A DNA stretch of 32,000 nt from Candidatus Arthromitus sp. SFB-rat-Yit. Its GTDB lineage: Bacteria; Bacillota; Clostridia; Clostridiales; Clostridiaceae. The stretch lies in the NCBI RefSeq assembly GCF_000283555.1, contig NC_016012.1, positions 750,001 through 782,000 on the forward strand. The letters run 5' to 3'. The position numbers and the translations under genes were made by a program. This document shows positions 26,567-32,000 of this stretch, piece after piece (position 1 is the first letter of the stretch; the number at the start of each line of letters is the position of its first letter). The notes below the pieces were generated by a model that was given only the letters and a program-made list of their open reading frames with translations, was not told where the DNA came from and did not search any database.

Positions 26567-27655
26567 TTAATCTTTTATTGGTTCTTTTTTAACTATTGTG
26601 TTCTTATCATTAAATTTTAAAAATTCACAAATATAATCAACTAATTTGTTTAATCTTTCAACATCAATATTATTTTCAACAGTATCGCTAGTTTGATGAA
26701 TCATATTTTTATATATAGTATCAAATAAAGCAATTGTTTGCATTCCATTTTTTTCAAATACTACTTGATCACTAGTATAATATTTAATTTCTGTATCCTT
26801 TTTAATTTTTTCATCTAATGTGTCCATATATTTAAAAATTAAAGATGATAATTCTGGTGACCTTTTATCATTGCTGTAAACAATGAGGGGAGATCCATTT
26901 TTTATACCAATACAATCCATGTTTATATTGTAAATATTTTCATATCTATCTTTTATATCGTTAACTAATGCTATTGATCCAACGTATCCTAATTCTTCAT
27001 GATTAACAGCTGCTATTATTATATCAGTTTCAAATGGAGTTTCTTTTGAGATTTCCTTTAATTTATACGCTATTCTTAAAAGTGCCGCTGTACCAGAAGC
27101 GTTATCTACAGCTCCAGGATAAATAGCATCTTTGTTTTTTGATGTTTGACCAATACCGATTCCTACATGGTCAAAATGTGCTGTAATTACAACTGCCTTG
27201 CTTTTTTCATTATGTTTTGTACCTTTAATTAATCCGATAACATTACTCTTTTCACCATCTGGATCAAGAATACTATCATCAAGAGTTGTTGTGAATTTGT
27301 ATTTATGTAAATATGTATCTTTAAACAAATAATCAAGACCTATATTTGAAAATTGAGAGTTTAAATACTCAACGGTTTTGTCATTTCCATCGGTATCACT
27401 TCCTCTTCCTTTAAAATCCTCAGAAGTTAAAATTTGAAGTATTTTTTCTGTTCCATCAATTAAATCTAAATTTTGAGTTGGAGCATTATTTGTTTCATTA
27501 AATTCATTTTTTAATTGTGTAACTTTTGAATAAGTCATAGCATCCTTATAAAGTTCATTAAGAGTGGCATTATCACTATTTTTCACACAAGAGCTTACAC
27601 TAAATAAAATTACAAAAGCCAGTAATAAAAGTTTTACACGTTTAAATAAATTCAT
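26567..27655 (-). CDS. M28-family metallopeptidase (aminopeptidase-like), lipoprotein
   Basis: Lipobox LLLLAFVILFSVSSCVKN; metal-binding motifs AVVITAHFDHVG, YPGAVDNASGTAALL, IIAAVNHEELGYVGS. Start at MNLFKRVK rather than the upstream Met. Confidence 0.9.
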   Translation of the reverse strand: MNLFKRVKLLLLAFVILFSVSSCVKNSDNATLNELYKDAMTYSKVTQLKNEFNETNNAPTQNLDLIDGTEKILQILTSEDFKGRGSDTDGNDKTVEYLNSQFSNIGLDYLFKDTYLHKYKFTTTLDDSILDPDGEKSNVIGLIKGTKHNEKSKAVVITAHFDHVGIGIGQTSKNKDAIYPGAVDNASGTAALLRIAYKLKEISKETPFETDIIIAAVNHEELGYVGSIALVNDIKDRYENIYNINMDCIGIKNGSPLIVYSNDKRSPELSSLIFKYMDTLDEKIKKDTEIKYYTSDQVVFEKNGMQTIALFDTIYKNMIHQTSDTVENNIDVERLNKLVDYICEFLKFNDKNTIVKKEPIKD

Positions 27656-27709
27656 ATTTTTAAACTCTACCTCCAAAAATTTTTAACTATATACAGTATA
27701 ACAATTTTG

Positions 27710-28225
27710 TTAATCGATTCCAAACTCTTTTGCATATTTTATAGTTCCACAAACATTATCTTTTATATTTTTGTTTATCTTATAAGCCATAAAATTTTCA
27801 TCTGGAACATCGAAAGATGCTTTTATTCCAAATTTGATTGCTGGTAAATATCCTGCTTTAGGATAATATTTTTCACTTCCTACAACCACTGAATATGTAT
27901 AACCTAATTTTTTTGCGATACTATGTCCTTCTTTAATTAAAGCTAACCCTATTCCTCGGTTTTGCTTTTCAGGTAGAACTGATAAAGGAGCTAAAACTAA
28001 AACGGTATTACCATTAATTTCAGCTTTTGTAAACATTATATGTCCTACAATTTCCCCATCTATTTCACAAACTAATGAAAGCTCAGGTATAAATGATTTT
28101 CCTTTTCGAAGTTTATTTACCAATTCATGTTCATTACCATCGGAATGCTCGGCATTTTCAAAAGCAATTTTAACTAGAGAATATATTTCTTCAAAATCAC
28201 AAATCTCTTCCTTACGTATGATCAT
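27710..28225 (-). CDS. GNAT-family N-acetyltransferase
   Basis: VLAPLSVLPEKQNRGIGLALIKEGHSIAKKLGYTYSVVVGSEKYYPKAGY acetyl-CoA-binding signature. Confidence 0.9.
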   Translation of the reverse strand: MIIRKEEICDFEEIYSLVKIAFENAEHSDGNEHELVNKLRKGKSFIPELSLVCEIDGEIVGHIMFTKAEINGNTVLVLAPLSVLPEKQNRGIGLALIKEGHSIAKKLGYTYSVVVGSEKYYPKAGYLPAIKFGIKASFDVPDENFMAYKINKNIKDNVCGTIKYAKEFGID

Positions 28226-29409
28226 AACACACCTCTTTCTTTAAAAGTCAAAAGCTTATCTCTATAATATTCGTATTGTTTCTTCCTGGCTTCAATTTCT
28301 GCAGGAAGTCCTTCAGTTAAATCGTTACAAAGCTTGTCAAATCTATCTAATATATTAATAATTTTTTGTTGTTTTTCAATACTAGGAATACTTATCATAT
28401 ATTTCTTAACTAATGTATCTGTTATAGATGGATAACTTGCACCTTGTTGAAATTTTTCAACGTAAATTTGAAATCTCTTAGCCGACAAATTATAATATAA
28501 CCATTTAGATAATAAAAATTTGGTATCTGCACGCAAAACACAGTATCCAGTACTACATATTTGATTATCTAATGATTCAGGAATTATTGCCAATCTCATT
28601 TGAGTTGGTCTAGTTGTACCAAATATAACATCATTTATTTTAACTTGTTGTTGTGCCCTACTTGGATGATCATCAACATTAATAATAACCGTGTTATTTA
28701 TAGAACTATTTTTAATATTAACGGAAGATAAGTCTATATAATTCCAATTTTCAAATTGAGAAACCGTATTCCAATTTATATTAATTACTTTCTTAATAAC
28801 CTTATTAATTTCAATCATCTCTGAATCTTTTTCAACATCATTTAGCAATCTATCTCTATAATACTCATACTGTTTCCTTCTTGCTGTAAGCTCAGTCTTA
28901 AGATTTTCTATAAGTTCTGTTGTAAACTCTGTAAACGAATCTAAAATATGTACAATCTCTTCTTGAAGCTCTAACGGTGGTATTGGAATCTTAAATTTCC
29001 CAATATCAGAAATATAAACATGAGGAATTCCTGCTCCTTTTTTTGTTGAATATATCTTATCTTGCATGTTTGACAAACAATAATAAACATATTTTGTTAA
29101 AATCTTATCATTTGTTTTTATTGAAAAGGCATCACATACAAAAATGGGTTCATTCCAATATTGAACATATCCTGCACCTGCTCCACTTCCCGCTACAGTT
29201 ATAGTTTCATCTGTTCTATTAAACATATCACAATAAAAAGCTGGTTCACGTCCTCCAGAAATAACAGGATAATTTCCCTCTCTTGCATCTTTTTTACTTA
29301 AAGATTTGCCTTTTTGCATTTGTGTACAATCTAATATTGTTTGATATTCCACCCCATCAGGACAAAGTTCTTTTATCAATTTATCAAGTTTGCCCATATA
29401 TAAAACCAC
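28222..29409 (-). CDS. hsdS: Type I restriction-modification specificity subunit (HsdS), two target recognition domains, no hsdM/hsdR in window
   Basis: KLIKELCPDGVEYQTILDCTQMQKGKSLSKKDAREGNYPVISGG; IPHVYISDIGKFKIPIPPLELQEEIVHILDSF; repeated ARRKQYEYYRDRLLN and EARKKQYEYYRDKLLTF. Confidence 0.9.
   Translation of the reverse strand: MVLYMGKLDKLIKELCPDGVEYQTILDCTQMQKGKSLSKKDAREGNYPVISGGREPAFYCDMFNRTDETITVAGSGAGAGYVQYWNEPIFVCDAFSIKTNDKILTKYVYYCLSNMQDKIYSTKKGAGIPHVYISDIGKFKIPIPPLELQEEIVHILDSFTEFTTELIENLKTELTARRKQYEYYRDRLLNDVEKDSEMIEINKVIKKVININWNTVSQFENWNYIDLSSVNIKNSSINNTVIINVDDHPSRAQQQVKINDVIFGTTRPTQMRLAIIPESLDNQICSTGYCVLRADTKFLLSKWLYYNLSAKRFQIYVEKFQQGASYPSITDTLVKKYMISIPSIEKQQKIINILDRFDKLCNDLTEGLPAEIEARKKQYEYYRDKLLTFKERGVL
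28259..28291 (-). repeat. hsdS internal direct repeat, copy 2 (C-terminal conserved region)
   Basis: tctctataatattcgtattgtttcttcctggct, diverged copy of 28853-28885; offset 594 bp (in frame). Confidence 0.75.
28853..28885 (-). repeat. hsdS internal direct repeat, copy 1 (central conserved region)
   Basis: tctctataatactcatactgtttccttcttgct, matching 28259-28291 with a few substitutions. Confidence 0.75.
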
Positions 29410-29521
29410 GTCATTTCTACATAAATTTTAAAATCTCATAAATCTAAATCTCTTATATTACAAATTTATAATAGAACATATGTTATTACAATTCAACTCT
29501 TCCAAACCAAATAAAATAATA

Positions 29522-29557
29522 AAGACTTCCGATAATATTAAATACATCGAAAGTCTT
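29522..29557 (-). terminator. Probable terminator of the amidase gene
   Basis: AAGACTT (29522-29528)/AAGTCTT (29551-29557) outer stem with inner CGAT/ATCG; T-rich minus-strand 3' side. Confidence 0.6.
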
Positions 29558-29569
29558 CTTTATCAACTC

Positions 29570-30226
29570 TTATTTCAAATATATATTTTTAAATTCATCG
29601 CTATCAGCCATATATTTTAACATATCACCATAACTCAAACCATTTTTCAATTTATTGTTCCAATATTTCAGACCCTCATCATCTGGCTCTCGCTTAAATA
29701 AATTTTCATACAATAACTTTATAAATTTTGTATAATCATTCATGTCTTGTATATCCTTTTTTAACTGTTTCCAATTTTCCCAATCGTTGTCTTTCATTGA
29801 AAATGGACATATTTTTCTACTGGCATCGTAATGTCTTACAACATAATCAATCGAAATATTTTGTTTGTCCATTTCATACTTGATCAATTTAAGCGTGTTG
29901 TTATACATCTTTTTGTAATCGCCATCAGAATTAACACACATTTCTATTCCAATGCTATTTTCATTTGTAATTCCATATCGTCCATGACCATCTCCACAAT
30001 GAAAAGATTTATCTGAATCTTTAACAATCCTCAAAATTTGAATATCATCTACAAAATAATGAGCAGATGCCCCTATATCTCCTGAATTAAAATAATTGTA
30101 ATGAGCCTCAGCATTCGCACCAATGTCAGTATTATTTGTATCGTGTATAACCAGATATTTAATCTTTTCTCCATTTCTCGAAGAAAAATTATATTTAATC
30201 AACTTTTCGTTAATCTTGATTTCCAT
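29570..30226 (-). CDS. N-acetylmuramoyl-L-alanine amidase (Amidase_2 type) with C-terminal DUF4214-like segment
   Basis: KIKYLVIHDTNNTDIGANAEAHYNYF, FHCGDGHGRYGITNENSIGIEMCVNSDG, VVRHYDASRKICPFSM; C-terminus KLLYENLFKREPDDEGLKYWNNKLKNGLSYGDMLKYMADSDEF. No signal peptide. Confidence 0.9.
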   Translation of the reverse strand: MEIKINEKLIKYNFSSRNGEKIKYLVIHDTNNTDIGANAEAHYNYFNSGDIGASAHYFVDDIQILRIVKDSDKSFHCGDGHGRYGITNENSIGIEMCVNSDGDYKKMYNNTLKLIKYEMDKQNISIDYVVRHYDASRKICPFSMKDNDWENWKQLKKDIQDMNDYTKFIKLLYENLFKREPDDEGLKYWNNKLKNGLSYGDMLKYMADSDEFKNIYLK

Positions 30227-30294
30227 GGTAACTCATCCTTTGATTAATTTTTAATTGATACTATATGCAATATTTCAAAATATGGTTACAAAAA

Positions 30295-30321
30295 AACTTA
30301 AGAGATATAATCCCTTAAGTT
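30295..30321 (-). terminator. Terminator of the pst-phoU operon
   Basis: AACTTAAG/CTTAAGTT outer stem with one mismatch and inner GA/TC pairs, 7-T run on the minus strand. Confidence 0.75.
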
Positions 30322-30334
30322 CTCAAAATCAAAT

Positions 30335-30991
30335 TTAATTATTTAACTTCCTTTTAAAAAATTCACCAGATTTTAAATACATAATATTTTCGCAAATATT
30401 ATTTATATGGTCACCAGCTCTCTCATAATATTTGATCACAAATAATGTTTGAACAGCTATATTATTTGAAATTTTCCCAGAATTCATTTTCTCCATAATA
30501 TTTGAAAAAACCTTAGTATACTCATTATCAATCAATTCATCACTCTCATATATTTCAATAGCCTTTTTCTTGTTGTTATCAATATAGGCCTGAACAACTT
30601 CTCTAACCATTTTTTTAATCGCATTGGAAAAATAATCTGATATTTCAGAATCAATACTTTCATTTTCAGGTATATACATAGATACTTTTGCAAGATCTAC
30701 AGCATAATCTCCTATACGCTCCAAATCTTGAATTATTTTTATTGTTGTAAACAATCTTCTCAAATCACTCGCAAGTGGATTTTGAGTAGCAATAAGTTTT
30801 AAACATTTATATTCCATTTCCTCTTTAAGAAAATCTATATTATCATCATTTTCAATAATTAATTTCGCCAATTCAGTGTCTTTAGTCCTTAAAACCTTTT
30901 CTGATTTTTCAAACTGATCTATAACAAGATTGCCTAATTTCAATAAAGATTCATTTAATTCATCTAACACTTTTCTAAATTTTATACGCAT
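30335..30991 (-). CDS. phoU: Phosphate signalling complex protein PhoU
   Basis: IATQNPLASDLRRLFTTIKIIQDLERIGDYAVDLAK; YYERAGDHINNICENIMYLKSG. Confidence 0.96.
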   Translation of the reverse strand: MRIKFRKVLDELNESLLKLGNLVIDQFEKSEKVLRTKDTELAKLIIENDDNIDFLKEEMEYKCLKLIATQNPLASDLRRLFTTIKIIQDLERIGDYAVDLAKVSMYIPENESIDSEISDYFSNAIKKMVREVVQAYIDNNKKKAIEIYESDELIDNEYTKVFSNIMEKMNSGKISNNIAVQTLFVIKYYERAGDHINNICENIMYLKSGEFFKRKLNN

Positions 30992-31009
30992 TACAATCCT
31001 CCTAAAATT

Positions 31010-31762
31010 CTATCCAAACCTTCCTGTAATATAGTCCTCTGTAAGCTTATTCGCTGGATTTTGAAATATTTTTTCAGTTCTATCCATTTCTTCAAGTTTA
31101 CCATTTAAGAAAAATGCTGTGTAATCAGAAATTCTTCCCGCTTGTTGCATATTATGAGTAACTATTACAATAGTATATTTCTTTCTAAGTTTTACCAATA
31201 ATTCCTCTATTTTTATGGTAGAAATTGGATCTAATGCAGAAGTAGGTTCATCCATTAAAATTATTTTGGGTTGAGTTGCTAAACATCTTGCAATACACAA
31301 TCTTTGTTGTTGACCTCCAGATAAATTATAAGCACTTTTTTTCAAATCATCTTTAACTTCATCCCAAAGGGCAACATCTTTCAAAGTAGTTTCAACAAGT
31401 TCATCTAAAATATTTTTATCTTTTATTCCATAATTTCTTGGAGCAAAGACTATATTATCATAAATAGATTTAGGAAATGGATTTGGCTTTTGAAAAACTA
31501 ACCCAACTTCTTTTCGAAGTAGCACAACATCTTGCTCTTTTATATCCTTACCATCTAAGAGTATCTTGCCTGTATATCTAGAGTAATCAAACATTTCATT
31601 CATTCTATTTAAATTTCTTAAAAATGTAGATTTACCACATCCAGAAGGTCCAATAAGAGCTGTAACTTTATTTTCATATATGTCGATATTTATGTTGAAC
31701 AAAGTTTGCTTTTCTCCGTAAAAGAAATTTAAATCTTCAACTTTTATAATAACTTTTTTCAT
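31010..31762 (-). CDS. pstB: Phosphate ABC transporter ATP-binding protein PstB
   Basis: [23 protein letters not shown]; [24 protein letters not shown]; [37 protein letters not shown]. Confidence 0.98.
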   Translation of the reverse strand: MKKVIIKVEDLNFFYGEKQTLFNINIDIYENKVTALIGPSGCGKSTFLRNLNRMNEMFDYSRYTGKILLDGKDIKEQDVVLLRKEVGLVFQKPNPFPKSIYDNIVFAPRNYGIKDKNILDELVETTLKDVALWDEVKDDLKKSAYNLSGGQQQRLCIARCLATQPKIILMDEPTSALDPISTIKIEELLVKLRKKYTIVIVTHNMQQAGRISDYTAFFLNGKLEEMDRTEKIFQNPANKLTEDYITGRFG

Positions 31763-31783
31763 TAAATACTAACCACCGATCTG

Positions 31784-32000
31784 TTAATCATATTTTTTCT
31801 CAAATTTTTTCCTTATAATGATTGCCGCGATATTAAATATCAAAACTATCAACAGTAAAATAATTATTCCTGATGATGCCAATTGTTGGAATTCTGGCTC
31901 TGGTCTTGAAGTCCAATTATATATTTGTATAGGCAATACCGTAAATCCATCAAACAAACTTAAAGGGACAAATCTTATAAATGTTGCAGCTCCAACAACA
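31784..32000 (-). CDS. pstA: C-terminal part of the phosphate ABC transporter permease PstA (truncated by the window edge)
   Basis: Reverse frame reads ...VVGAATFIRFVPLSLFDGFTVLPIQIYNWTSRPEPEFQQLASSGIIILLLIVLILNIAAIIIRKKFEKKYD*; directly upstream of pstB. Confidence 0.9.
   Translation of the reverse strand, partial: VVGAATFIRFVPLSLFDGFTVLPIQIYNWTSRPEPEFQQLASSGIIILLLIVLIFNIAAIIIRKKFEKKYD

Noticed and set aside
28222-29409. Whether hsdS marks a full type I RM or a wider defence island
   Set aside because: No methyltransferase, helicase/nuclease or other defence gene is visible on either side, so only an orphan hsdS is supported.
29831-30016. Plus-strand ORF opposite the amidase gene
   Set aside because: Shadow ORF; the amidase frame is clearly coding.
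29570-30226. Whether the amidase is part of a prophage
   Set aside because: No integrase, terminase, capsid, holin or att-like repeats; flanked by the pst-phoU operon and hsdS.
1-32000. CRISPR array, tRNA or rRNA genes
   Set aside because: Read through intergenic regions: no spaced direct repeats and no tRNA cloverleaf or rRNA signatures were seen. All intergenic gaps are short and mostly explained by terminators and promoters.

Overview
Low-GC Firmicute (Clostridia-like, spore-forming: spoIVA present) chromosomal segment, almost all on the minus strand. The main item is a ~18.5 kb locus (about 851-19342) that reads as a complete host N-glycan harvesting module. It encodes a lipoprotein GH85 endo-beta-N-acetylglucosaminidase with an EndoD-like GWFINQET motif, a ROK sugar kinase, a dedicated MsmX/UgpC-type ATPase, a small unknown membrane protein, a CUT1 solute-binding lipoprotein, a GH38 alpha-mannosidase and two LplB/LplC-type permeases. 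It also encodes a YesN-type AraC response regulator with no sensor kinase, a divergent DUF624/YesL-type protein plus GH125 exo-alpha-mannosidase, and a convergent GH31 enzyme. The component families are known and pneumococcus has a functionally similar but dispersed system; the compact arrangement, lipid-anchored GH85, kinase-less regulator and candidate regulatory elements deserve follow-up. The rest is mostly housekeeping: pdxS/pdxT, spoIVA-gpsA-der, and the end of the pst-phoU operon. Accessory items are a DUF4214 secreted protein with a Pro-Thr repeat linker, a DUF4214-tailed amidase, an hsdS subunit without hsdM/hsdR that overlaps a GNAT gene by 4 bp, and an M28 peptidase lipoprotein. At the left edge a 12-C homopolymer sits in the truncated 3' end of an apparent FkbM-type methyltransferase gene, a possible contingency (phase-variation) tract. 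All family calls are by eye from protein motifs; no database search was run.
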